The notes below the pieces were generated by a model. It was not told the origin of the DNA and ran no database searches. It saw only the letters and a program-made list of their open reading frames with translations. A DNA stretch of 64,000 nt from a virus. The stretch lies in the IMG/VR virus record IMGVR_UViG_3300030012_004221, positions 1-64,000 of that record. One strand, written 5' to 3'. Of the stretch, positions 1 to 8,824 are shown piece by piece. Within the stretch, counting starts at the first letter, position 1. Each line of letters begins with the position of its first letter. The position numbers and the translations under genes are program-made.

Positions 1-1226
1 AATGCATCACCTACAAAGTGTACATTTGGATATTTTGTTAATGAAAGATCTGAATAATTAACTAATGGTTCAGGAGCTAGATATTTAACTTCAGGTACAT
101 ATATTCCCCAATCATCTTTTAATGTTGGAAATATTTTTTTCATATCATTAATAAAATCTTCTATATACTTATAGTAACCTTGAAATGCATCTTTAACTAC
201 ATCTAAATTATCAATTTTAGTAGCTGATACATCTACACCTTCTGATGTTATAGATGGTTCTCTACTAGGACTGTAGAATAAACCTGTACTATTTTCTTGT
301 ACTTTACCTACTAGCTCTCTTGCCCATTTAAATGGTTTTTCAATACCTCTAACTTCCATTAATATGCCAAAATTAGTCATATCATTTCTAAATGACTCAT
401 CTTTTTTAGCATGTCCATTATAACTGTGATCACCATAGGTTTCTTCAACTGCTACATATGCAGCATTATTATTTGTACAAAATGATCTTAAACTAACATT
501 ATCTAATTTTCTATACAATTTAAAATCATAAGCAACATCAATTAACTTTTGGAAGTGTTTTTGTGGCGCTTCAAATCTAACACCTACTTGAGCTGGTTTT
601 TCTTCAGTTGGTAAATCATATTTTTGCATTATATTTGAAGTAAAGTCAATTCCTGATTTACCTACACCAAAAATAAGTTTATCGTAATTAAAAGTAAGAT
701 CTCTAGAATCACCTAAACCACAAATAACTTCTCTATTATCAAAATCAATATCACTAACTTTAGTTTCCCAAATAAATTCAACACCTTTACTAACTAAATA
801 ATCATACCAACTTTTACCTATTTCATGTAAGTAATCAGTACCAATGTGCCAACATGGAAATAATCTTAAACCAAAATACGGTTTAATAAATTCGGGTTCT
901 TCCTCTGGATTTGATAATATAATTTGTTCTGGATGTGGGTGAAATCTACTAAAATTATCTACTACTTGCTTCATAAGCTCCATAGCTTTATCTTCACCTA
1001 CATACTTAGATAATTGCCCACCAATTTGGGTTGAGTAAGTTAATTTACCATCACTCCAACCACCTGCACCTAAGTAACCTGTCATTACCTCTTCATAGGG
1101 TCTTAAATATGGATCTTGACCCATATCTATAATTGTTATTTTACCATCAAAATTATTATCAACTAATTTAGTAGCAGCATTTACACCTGCTACACCTGCT
1201 CCTACAATTACTACATTTTTATTCAT
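1..1226 (-). CDS. FAD/NAD(P)-dependent oxidoreductase (COG2509-like), 3' end outside the window
   Basis: Not in the ORF track. Hand translation from ATG 1226: MNKNVVIVGAGVAG (Rossmann GxGxxG)...GAGGWSDGKL...HFVGDA at the window edge. Confidence 0.85.
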   Translation of the reverse strand, partial: MNKNVVIVGAGVAGVNAATKLVDNNFDGKITIIDMGQDPYLRPYEEVMTGYLGAGGWSDGKLTYSTQIGGQLSKYVGEDKAMELMKQVVDNFSRFHPHPEQIILSNPEEEPEFIKPYFGLRLFPCWHIGTDYLHEIGKSWYDYLVSKGVEFIWETKVSDIDFDNREVICGLGDSRDLTFNYDKLIFGVGKSGIDFTSNIMQKYDLPTEEKPAQVGVRFEAPQKHFQKLIDVAYDFKLYRKLDNVSLRSFCTNNNAAYVAVEETYGDHSYNGHAKKDESFRNDMTNFGILMEVRGIEKPFKWARELVGKVQENSTGLFYSPSREPSITSEGVDVSATKIDNLDVVKDAFQGYYKYIEDFINDMKKIFPTLKDDWGIYVPEVKYLAPEPLVNYSDLSLTKYPNVHFVGDA

Positions 1227-1250
1227 TTAGATTTTAATTTATGTGTTATT

Positions 1251-1280
1251 AATATACGAAAAAAAAATGTGACCTCCAAA
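1251..1280 (-). promoter_or_regulatory. Early (host sigma-type) promoter TTTGG-N15-TTCGTATATT
   Basis: Matches the motif repeated >10 times in the window with an exact 15-nt spacer; 25 nt upstream of ATG 1226. Confidence 0.8.
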
Positions 1281-1291
1281 TGGAGGCCACA
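1259..1291 (-). terminator. Intrinsic terminator overlapping the promoter
   Basis: Minus RNA UGUGGCCUCCA-UU-UGGAGGUCACA followed by U9. Confidence 0.8.
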
Positions 1292-1344
1292 GATCTCAAA
1301 ATTGATTTATATAATCGCCCGGCTATGAATCGAGCTGTAAGTTT

Positions 1345-2094
1345 TTAATTATCATTATCCCAAAAACTATTTTGTCCACCTTTTAGTAAACCATATCCTA
1401 ATCCTAACCATCTTCCAGCTGCTTGTTCATCAGTCATACCACTAGTAATAGTTAAACCAAAATCTGCAGTAGCATCTGCATAATATGCTAAATCAGATAA
1501 ACCACTAGCTAAAGCATTATTTGCAAACCTAAAAGTAATTCTTGTTCCTTGTCTGTTTGCTGTTGGCTGTCCATTTTTATTATTAGATAGTAGACATACT
1601 GTGTAATCTGTTCCTGACCCACCAACATCTCCAGCAGTTTCATATTGAGCAAAACCATCATCAACTGAGTACATTCCATCTACATTATTCCCATCGATTT
1701 TATTTGCAGCAGCAACTCCACTACCATTATAGGTAGCATAATTTACACAACCTATATAATAATATCTTTTTCCTGTTCCTCCTAATTCATCTCCATTATT
1801 AACTCCTCCCATAAAACTTGCTCCTTGGGTAGTTGCAGCTTCTCCCCCATTTCCTGTAGCAATTGCTGATCCCGCTCTTGCATTATCTATAGGAACATTT
1901 CCTGTTCCAACTGTTACTACATTAGGGGTATTAATTTGACATGATACTTGAGTAGCAACTGTCATATAAGTAGAACTTCCTTCATTTGAGTCAAATTGCC
2001 CAAATACATTATATCCAGCAGAGGCAAAAGTTGTTGCACTTGCCCCACTTAGATTTCCACTTGCTGCTCCTCCAAAAAATGAATGTTTAGCCAT
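1345..2094 (-). CDS. Gly/Asn/Ala-rich putative virion protein
   Basis: 249 aa, small-residue-rich; TATTTATA late motif upstream. Confidence 0.6.
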   Translation of the reverse strand: MAKHSFFGGAASGNLSGASATTFASAGYNVFGQFDSNEGSSTYMTVATQVSCQINTPNVVTVGTGNVPIDNARAGSAIATGNGGEAATTQGASFMGGVNNGDELGGTGKRYYYIGCVNYATYNGSGVAAANKIDGNNVDGMYSVDDGFAQYETAGDVGGSGTDYTVCLLSNNKNGQPTANRQGTRITFRFANNALASGLSDLAYYADATADFGLTITSGMTDEQAAGRWLGLGYGLLKGGQNSFWDNDN

Positions 2095-2110
2095 AATTTA
2101 ATTTTTTATT

Positions 2111-2118
2111 TATAAATA
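2111..2118 (-). promoter_or_regulatory. Late promoter-like motif TATTTATA
   Basis: Recurs shortly upstream of start codons of structural/late genes. Confidence 0.6.
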
Positions 2119-2127
2119 TAATTTTTT

Positions 2128-2196
2128 TTAACAATTACAACAAGAACAACCGCAACTAGTTCCACAATTACATACTTGGCAATTACATTTGTTCAT
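2128..2196 (-). CDS. 22-aa Cys-rich metallothionein-like micro-protein
   Basis: MNKCNCQVCNCGTSCGCSCCNC*; 9 Cys in CxC/CC motifs; start overlaps the end of the upstream gene; below ORF-track cutoff. Confidence 0.65.
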   Translation of the reverse strand: MNKCNCQVCNCGTSCGCSCCNC

Positions 2197-2461
2197 TTTT
2201 ATATATTTTTAATGTTAATACTCCAGTACCTTTAATTACTCTGTGCCACTGGTGTCGAGGTATAAATATACGTTCTTGTATTGAAGTTGGAAGGGAATTA
2301 TCAAGTTGTAACTGCCAATCTGTTTCACCTATAATTTCAACTACTCTATCTTCATCATCACGATGCCAGAGTAATTCTATTGGATCAATATTTTCACTAA
2401 ATTGCCTTAGAATATATTCATCTGTAACCTCTAAATCAATATAGGGTTTACCAGAATCCAG
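2183..2461 (-). CDS. Small cupin-like protein (probable CTG start at 2461)
   Basis: WHRD...IFIPRHQWHRVIKG cupin-type His motifs; track start 2593 lies deep inside the upstream gene. Confidence 0.7.
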   Translation of the reverse strand: MDSGKPYIDLEVTDEYILRQFSENIDPIELLWHRDDEDRVVEIIGETDWQLQLDNSLPTSIQERIFIPRHQWHRVIKGTGVLTLKIYKNEQM

Positions 2462-3722
2462 AGAAACTTGATTTGAGTCCGAGTAATTTTGCATAACGTG
2501 GTAATCTACAGCTCCAATATGATGCTTTTGTTTTGTCATTCCTAGTTGAGCATTTATGTCTTTTAGCAAATGCTTGACGAGCTTTTCTATCATTAATTTT
2601 AGCTCTTAATCCTCCAGATCCAAATCTAACAGTTTTAATATTTCCTGTTTTAGGATCCTTAACATATACTTTATATGCTTTTCCACCTGAAGATGAACGC
2701 ATTGGTTTATTTAATTTAGGACCTTTTTTCTTTGCTTTTTTCTTTTCATTTAATACATTAGTAATAGCTTCATCTATTCTTTTTATTTCCGCCACTGAAA
2801 TATCTCCTTTTTTTAAGTAAGGAAGTATATCTTTATAAGGTACGTATTTAATTCCATCAAATGTTTTAATTTTACCTGCTATAGATTTTCTTTCATCTTT
2901 ACCTCTAGTAGTTGTTTTATCAGCATCATCTAATTTAAATAATTCATCTCCTAATCCTAGTTTAGCAATTATAAAACCCATAACAGCTGCTGGAGGGAAC
3001 CCAATAGCAGCTAAAGCAGCACCACTAATTTTAAAAAGATCTTTTAATTGTGTTTTTAAAAATTCATTTTTTTCTTTACCAACAGTTTCACCTTTCATAT
3101 ATCGAGCTACTATTTTCATAGCTTCTCTAGTTTCACCCGCTTCTTCAACTGCAGTTTTTACAAGTGTATTAACTTTACCTTGTAAGTTATCTATACCTTT
3201 AGATATCATAGGTCCAATAACTGGTATTTTTTCTATTTTATCTTCAAATTTATCTACAAAGGCATTAATTTTATTTTCATTTAATGATTCTCTCATAGAC
3301 ATATTATCTATTTCATCACGAACAAATTCTTTTTCACCTGGGCCTAATTGATCATAATCCATTCCAAATTCCATATTTGCAATTTCATCATATATGTCCA
3401 TTTGCTCATTTAATTCAATAGGAAAATCTAATGGTACTTTTTTACCTTCAAACATACCAAAATGACCTAAATGTGTTTCTTTTAATAAAGCTAAATCATC
3501 CTCATGAGTAAATTCTAAAATACCTCTACTATATAATGATCTTGCCTCTGCAAATAAATCAAAGTAAGCACGTGAACCAGCACGATATAAATGCTCAGTA
3601 AGCGGTTTATTATTGTCTATATGGTGTTTTAAACCTTCAGACAGTATAGAACGTGGTGCTACACTTTCGTTTAGCATTAACGTTGGTTTTGTTTCACAAG
3701 TATTACATCCGCAGTCGCACAT
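2448..3722 (-). CDS. Multi-segment putative head-internal protein with N-terminal CxCxCxxC and basic C-terminal domain
   Basis: Repeated LNE/LSE/IDE sites between segments; C-terminal VRFG...FAKRHKC...YWSC domain. Confidence 0.7.
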   Translation of the reverse strand: MCDCGCNTCETKPTLMLNESVAPRSILSEGLKHHIDNNKPLTEHLYRAGSRAYFDLFAEARSLYSRGILEFTHEDDLALLKETHLGHFGMFEGKKVPLDFPIELNEQMDIYDEIANMEFGMDYDQLGPGEKEFVRDEIDNMSMRESLNENKINAFVDKFEDKIEKIPVIGPMISKGIDNLQGKVNTLVKTAVEEAGETREAMKIVARYMKGETVGKEKNEFLKTQLKDLFKISGAALAAIGFPPAAVMGFIIAKLGLGDELFKLDDADKTTTRGKDERKSIAGKIKTFDGIKYVPYKDILPYLKKGDISVAEIKRIDEAITNVLNEKKKAKKKGPKLNKPMRSSSGGKAYKVYVKDPKTGNIKTVRFGSGGLRAKINDRKARQAFAKRHKCSTRNDKTKASYWSCRLPRYAKLLGLKSSFSGFW

Positions 3723-3732
3723 ATTATTTTAT

Positions 3733-4815
3733 TTAAAAATCATAAGACCATCTAGGAAGACCGTCTTTAATATATATTTTAACACCTTTACCTAATTCAT
3801 CTAATAGCTTATCAGTAGATACTCTTTTATAATTACCTGATATGTCATTTAAAAAGAATACTTCTTGAAATCCTTCAGACTTAATATAGAGTCTAACTAT
3901 TTCTTTAGAAAAATCTTGTTCAAGTTGAAGCCAATTAAAATCATTACCACTTACATAAGATTTTATATTTAATTTAGAAAAATCTAAACCTGGGTAATTT
4001 TTCTTTAAAGCACTATCTAATACCACTAAATAATCATTTATAGCTTCTGGTTGCTCTTCTTTAATTTGATCAAAAATAATACCAATTCTATTCATTGGTC
4101 TTTTTCTTACTACTCCTTTTAATGATATATCATTTGCAAGTTTTGGATTAATTCCTTTTTCAATATCAGTATAAACAGTTTCCATTGTGTTAACTCCAAA
4201 CTCTGCTTTTTGTCCCATTGGGACTGCTCCTTTATTTTTAACTTCAATTTCTTTTCCACCTGCTTCAATATCACCTCCTGATACTGCATCTTGAACGTCT
4301 TTAAGCATTATAGATAATAGTATTTCTCCTTTACCTGTAGAAACTCTACCAATTGAAGGTTCTAATTTTAGAATAAATTCTACTAATTCATCAGATAAGA
4401 AATTAAACTTTTCTTTTAAGTTACCTCCATCACCTAAATAAGAATAATCTTTCATATTATCAAGGTATTCAGCATATTTAGGTACGTCTCCAGTAGATAC
4501 CATTTTATTGTAAATACTATCAGCTACTTTAGCAGGACCCTTACCTTTTGATTGAATATAATCAATAATCCCTTGTTTAAACTTAATTCCAGATACTGAA
4601 GATAATATACGAGCTAATTGTTCTGGTGTGAATTCTTCATCTTGAAGAACTTTAATAATTTCTTCTTTAGAAACTACCCCATCTGCTTCATCTTCTTTAA
4701 TAAGATTATTAACCATTTCTAATAACATAGTTTTTTCCTCAGGATTATTTACATCAGGGTATCCTTTAGGAAATTTATAAGAAATTTTATTTAAATATTT
4801 AGTTATATTATCCAT
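3733..4815 (-). CDS. PD-(D/E)xK-like nuclease with targeting-type N-terminus
   Basis: GKGE...GGD-IEAGGKEIEVK catalytic-type motif; leader ends in LIKE. Confidence 0.55.
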   Translation of the reverse strand: MDNITKYLNKISYKFPKGYPDVNNPEEKTMLLEMVNNLIKEDEADGVVSKEEIIKVLQDEEFTPEQLARILSSVSGIKFKQGIIDYIQSKGKGPAKVADSIYNKMVSTGDVPKYAEYLDNMKDYSYLGDGGNLKEKFNFLSDELVEFILKLEPSIGRVSTGKGEILLSIMLKDVQDAVSGGDIEAGGKEIEVKNKGAVPMGQKAEFGVNTMETVYTDIEKGINPKLANDISLKGVVRKRPMNRIGIIFDQIKEEQPEAINDYLVVLDSALKKNYPGLDFSKLNIKSYVSGNDFNWLQLEQDFSKEIVRLYIKSEGFQEVFFLNDISGNYKRVSTDKLLDELGKGVKIYIKDGLPRWSYDF

Positions 4816-5276
4816 TATATATCTATCTCAACATTATCATCAACTTCAACGTCAACATCTTCTGCACCACCACCAGCTTCACCACCTGCATCTGTTTCAG
4901 CAGCTTCACCTTCTGGTGCTCCATATCGTAATATACGAGCAATAGCTAAAGTAGCTCTTTCTTCTTCAGGTAAATTTAATAAATAATATTTTTTACCTTC
5001 AACCTGAGCTATCCAGCTTGTTTTTGAGTATATTAAATAAAAATCTTGATCGTTTTTTAGATTAATTCTAAATGTAGTTGGTTTTGGAGCTACCCAATCT
5101 ATAGATGCTAAGAAATTATCAAACTCATGTGTTAATAAGTCAATAATTACTGCTTTTAATTCTGGGAATTTTGTTAGCTCGTCGTATTCAACTGCAGCTG
5201 CCTCTGCCTGTTTAATATTGCCCACAACAGTTGGGACAAGCAATCTTATCTTTTCCCTTAGTTCTGCTGCTGTCAT
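4815..5276 (-). CDS. Hypothetical phage protein with acidic tail
   Basis: 153 aa, coupled to neighbours. Confidence 0.7.
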   Translation of the reverse strand: MTAAELREKIRLLVPTVVGNIKQAEAAAVEYDELTKFPELKAVIIDLLTHEFDNFLASIDWVAPKPTTFRINLKNDQDFYLIYSKTSWIAQVEGKKYYLLNLPEEERATLAIARILRYGAPEGEAAETDAGGEAGGGAEDVDVEVDDNVEIDI

Positions 5277-5278
5277 AA

Positions 5279-6781
5279 TTATTTATCTTCTTTTTTCTCG
5301 TCTTCTCTTACTAAACCTTCACCGTAAGCTGCTCTAATAGCACCACATACTTTTTTAGCTCCTTCAACACCATATTTACCTTCATTATCATCTAAACATT
5401 GGTCAAATGGATAAGAACCTTCAGCTATTTTGGCTTTAGCTTCTCTAATAGTTTCTTTTAGTTCTTTTCTATCATCCATAGAAAAACCTTTTTTACCTAT
5501 GCCAAATTTTTTCTTAAAGTATCCTTTATTTACTTCATCTAATGCAAATCCTATTTCAGCATCTTTATCTGGTCTATCAACTGTTACATTATCAATATTA
5601 TCGGAATCAATTTCATCACCACCTGATCCTATAAATCTTTCTGGATCACCAGGCATTTGTTCTGCAACAGCCATTTCTTGCTTAAATTTAGCAAACAATT
5701 CTCTTGCTTTATCTCCTGATATTTTAGCTTCTTTTGCTGCTTTTTCCAACGCATCTAAAGCCATATCAATTTTACCACCTTTTTTAAGTAGGTCTTCTTT
5801 TAATTTTTTAGCTATTTTTTCAGCTATTTTTTTATTTTGCATATTAGTTTTTTTATTTTCTTCAAACGCACCTGACGCTGCTCTTCTATGAACTGCTGAA
5901 TCACCCATTTCATTTGGTGTGTATAACGATGGAGTAAACCCTGTATCATCGTCTGTGCCTAATTGGTTAATATCTTCGTCTACTACATCTACAGCTACGT
6001 CAACTACAGCATCTATTTTTGGTTCGTTAAGCTCAAATTCTAAGTACTGTTTTGCCCCAACTAATGCTTCCTTAGCTTTAAATACTTTACTTTGCCACCA
6101 TGATGGAAAATCTACTTCACCTGCACCATCAAATTGATCAACCATTTTATATAAATCCATAGCTGCCTTCCCAACTCTATATAAGTCAGCTTTTATCATA
6201 TGTGGTTCATTATCTTGATGTCCTAAATCTAGATCTTCATTTACTGCTGGTTCTGCTGCTTCTTCATCATCTGATAAATCTTTTAAAAATTGAAGTACTC
6301 TACCAAATTTTTGATTTTTAGAGTAATCTTTTTGTTCTTTATCTTGAATAGCATTATAAATTCCTAACATTGCTTTTGCAAACCCAGGAGCATCTTTAAT
6401 CTCATTAGCTAATTTTTGAATAATTGATGTTGGTAATTCTACTTCATTAACTTCTAAATCTTTTTTAATAGTTACTTTATGCATTTTACCACTACCTTCA
6501 GGAAATTCAAATTCTTTTTTTCCTGCATCTCTAGCTTTGTCTGCAGCTACAATAAAAGCATTTGCTTCTTTCATTGGTTTTCTTAAAGCATCTTTAATTA
6601 ACTCAGTTAATTTAGGATCCTTTTTGCCTTTAGCAATATTAGTAGCACGACCGTACATTACAGCTTCAGCGTCTTTACCATACTTTTTAACAAGATCTCT
6701 CTTGTTTTTTTTCATATTCATAATAACATCTTCTCTTTTATCGAGTTCTGCTTTTGTAAGTTTACGTTCGTTTAATGCCAT
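5279..6781 (-). CDS. Multi-segment putative head-internal/core protein
   Basis: Charged 500 aa, begins MALNE, many VNE/LKE/IRE/IAE sites. Confidence 0.7.
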   Translation of the reverse strand: MALNERKLTKAELDKREDVIMNMKKNKRDLVKKYGKDAEAVMYGRATNIAKGKKDPKLTELIKDALRKPMKEANAFIVAADKARDAGKKEFEFPEGSGKMHKVTIKKDLEVNEVELPTSIIQKLANEIKDAPGFAKAMLGIYNAIQDKEQKDYSKNQKFGRVLQFLKDLSDDEEAAEPAVNEDLDLGHQDNEPHMIKADLYRVGKAAMDLYKMVDQFDGAGEVDFPSWWQSKVFKAKEALVGAKQYLEFELNEPKIDAVVDVAVDVVDEDINQLGTDDDTGFTPSLYTPNEMGDSAVHRRAASGAFEENKKTNMQNKKIAEKIAKKLKEDLLKKGGKIDMALDALEKAAKEAKISGDKARELFAKFKQEMAVAEQMPGDPERFIGSGGDEIDSDNIDNVTVDRPDKDAEIGFALDEVNKGYFKKKFGIGKKGFSMDDRKELKETIREAKAKIAEGSYPFDQCLDDNEGKYGVEGAKKVCGAIRAAYGEGLVREDEKKEDK

Positions 6782-6782
6782 T

Positions 6783-6956
6783 TTATTTTGCTTTATCTTC
6801 TGCTACAGAAGCTTTTCTATATTCAGTTACAAGTTTTTTAATTTCACCTAATGCTTTTCTTGCACGACCATGAGCTGCTTTTGACTTACCAGCATGCTCA
6901 ACTTTAAATGTTTCAAACAAAACATCTAATCTTTCGAATAGTTCTTGAGTATTCAT
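6783..6956 (-). CDS. Histone H1-like (Hc1-like) small DNA-binding protein
   Basis: Not in track: MNTQELFERLDVLFETFKVEHAGKSKAAHGRARKALGEIKKLVTEYRKASVAEDKAK; KAAxxRARKA motif. Confidence 0.75.
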   Translation of the reverse strand: MNTQELFERLDVLFETFKVEHAGKSKAAHGRARKALGEIKKLVTEYRKASVAEDKAK

Positions 6957-6983
6957 CCTATAAATTTTATTATTAATAACTTA

Positions 6984-7598
6984 TTAAAGTAATCCAGCTA
7001 ACTTTTTGAATCTTTTAACTTCTTCAGTTAATTCTTCTTTAACGTCTTTTTTATCTTCTTCATCTATGTCTTTAGGTCCTCTCATAGCTTCATCTACATC
7101 CTTTTTGTCTTCTTCATCTATGTCCTTAGGTCCTCTCATAGCTTCATCTACGTCTTTTTTGTCTTCTTCATCAAAGACTTTTTTACCTCTCATTGCTTCA
7201 TCTACATCTTTATCCATTTCTTCAGAAACTTCACCTGATTTAACAACATGAGTTCTAGTGTAATAAGTGATTGTATTTCCAATTTGATCTAGTAGTTTTT
7301 CATCTCCCATTCCTTCAGCTTTTTCTTGAGCTTTAGTTAAAAGACCTAATACTGCAGATACATCAGATGATTCACCTGGTAATTCTGATTTTACTTCAAT
7401 GTCAGATTCTTTAGATACATCATCAACATCAACGTCTTTTTCAACGTCAACATCTACGTTTTCTGTGTCTTTAACATCCACATTGTCTTCTACTTCAACG
7501 TCTTCTTGTTCTTTTACGTCGTCGTATTTTTCATTAAGTTCATCAGCTTCAGCTAAAAACGCCGATTTGATAATCTCTTTTAATTCCGATTTTTTCAT
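6984..7598 (-). CDS. Acidic scaffold/core-like protein with tandem repeats
   Basis: MKKSELKEIIK...LAE leader, D/E-rich, ends RFKKLAGLL. Confidence 0.7.
   Translation of the reverse strand: MKKSELKEIIKSAFLAEADELNEKYDDVKEQEDVEVEDNVDVKDTENVDVDVEKDVDVDDVSKESDIEVKSELPGESSDVSAVLGLLTKAQEKAEGMGDEKLLDQIGNTITYYTRTHVVKSGEVSEEMDKDVDEAMRGKKVFDEEDKKDVDEAMRGPKDIDEEDKKDVDEAMRGPKDIDEEDKKDVKEELTEEVKRFKKLAGLL
7040..7215. repeat. 54-nt tandem repeat, about 3 copies (EEDKKDVDEAMRGPKDID)
   Basis: Visible in both DNA and protein. Confidence 0.9.
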
Positions 7599-7627
7599 TT
7601 TTATGTTTTATTTTAGTTGGGTTTATT

Positions 7628-7635
7628 TATAAATA
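7628..7635 (-). promoter_or_regulatory. Late motif TATTTATA
   Basis: Upstream of ATG 7598. Confidence 0.6.
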
Positions 7636-7684
7636 TATTAAAATATTTTCTAATTGCGTTAGTATTGTTAATTTTTTGCGGTTT

Positions 7685-7963
7685 TTAAGATTTTTTCTTA
7701 AATTTAGCTTTTTTAGTATTTTTTACAAATTGTTTACCTTTTTTACTGCCACGTACTTTTTTAGCTACAGTAGCTTTTCTTTGAGCTTTAGTTAAGGATT
7801 GTGCTTTTTTCTTAGGTAAACATCTAGTAGTTGGTTTACCTTTTTTCATAGTACCACATGGACCTGTGATATTACCTGATGTGTTAATACGCACCCAGTT
7901 TTCTTTTTTAAACCAGTCACGTAGTGATTCTTTAATTATTTCGTCTAGTCTTTCTCTAGTCAT
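7685..7963 (-). CDS. Small basic protein (LRDWFKKENW...CG...CLP)
   Basis: Lys-rich; leader ends IIKE. Confidence 0.7.
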   Translation of the reverse strand: MTRERLDEIIKESLRDWFKKENWVRINTSGNITGPCGTMKKGKPTTRCLPKKKAQSLTKAQRKATVAKKVRGSKKGKQFVKNTKKAKFKKKS

Positions 7964-7964
7964 T

Positions 7965-8480
7965 TTATCTAGCGTTCAAATAATTACTAATTCTTCTAAT
8001 AGCATAATCATCCCCATAATTACCGGCCATCCAATTATTATGAATGTAATAAATTACATCTTCAAATCTATCTTTATTTAATCTAGGTCCTGCCTTTATT
8101 AAATCTTCCATTTCTTGATCATAACCATCATCTAACTCATCAAATGCTTCATTTAATTTATCTTGCTCATCATAATAATCTTGTGGGTGAAATTTCATTT
8201 CAACTACTTTACCATCTGGTTTAATGCTTACACCATCAACTAATATTTCAACTGGGTAAGGTTTATCTGGTTTATCATACCAGTAAGCCATTGTATATCC
8301 TCCGTTATCTAGTAATTCAACTAGTAAACCTCTTTTATAATCAAAATCTCCTGCTTGTAGTACTACTTCTTTACCCCTAGGTAAAATTAATTCAGCTTCA
8401 GGTACTACATTATCATCTTTATCTTCTTGTTCAGTAAGATATTGTTTGTTAAAATATTTTTTTAAATCGAAATCGTTCAT
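7965..8480 (-). CDS. Putative capsid-targeted internal protein
   Basis: N-terminus MNDFDLKKYFNKQYLTE. Confidence 0.65.
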   Translation of the reverse strand: MNDFDLKKYFNKQYLTEQEDKDDNVVPEAELILPRGKEVVLQAGDFDYKRGLLVELLDNGGYTMAYWYDKPDKPYPVEILVDGVSIKPDGKVVEMKFHPQDYYDEQDKLNEAFDELDDGYDQEMEDLIKAGPRLNKDRFEDVIYYIHNNWMAGNYGDDYAIRRISNYLNAR

Positions 8481-8482
8481 TT

Positions 8483-8806
8483 TTATAAATTATATTTTAT
8501 TACTGCGATTTTCTTATTTGCTATATCAATTATTTCTGGGTCTGTATCATCATCACCAAAACCTCCTCCTTTAAAATCCATAGGTAATTTAGAAGCTATT
8601 TTAAATGAAAATCCAGTTAATTCATCTACATCAGTAGCAGATGCATCATCCATATCGTCTAGTTTCCAATTAGCTAATTTAGTACCTAATTGTTGTTCTA
8701 CTTCAGGTTGATAAGCTTTTAATACTTTAAGAAGTAATTTTGATGATCTATCTTCTTTTAATAGCTTGTTTTCAGCTAAATATTTTCTTAAATCAAAGTT
8801 TTCCAT
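8483..8806 (-). CDS. Putative capsid-targeted internal protein
   Basis: N-terminus MENFDLRKYLAENKLLKE. Confidence 0.65.
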   Translation of the reverse strand: MENFDLRKYLAENKLLKEDRSSKLLLKVLKAYQPEVEQQLGTKLANWKLDDMDDASATDVDELTGFSFKIASKLPMDFKGGGFGDDDTDPEIIDIANKKIAVIKYNL

Positions 8807-8824
8807 TTTTTTTAGTTATTTTAT

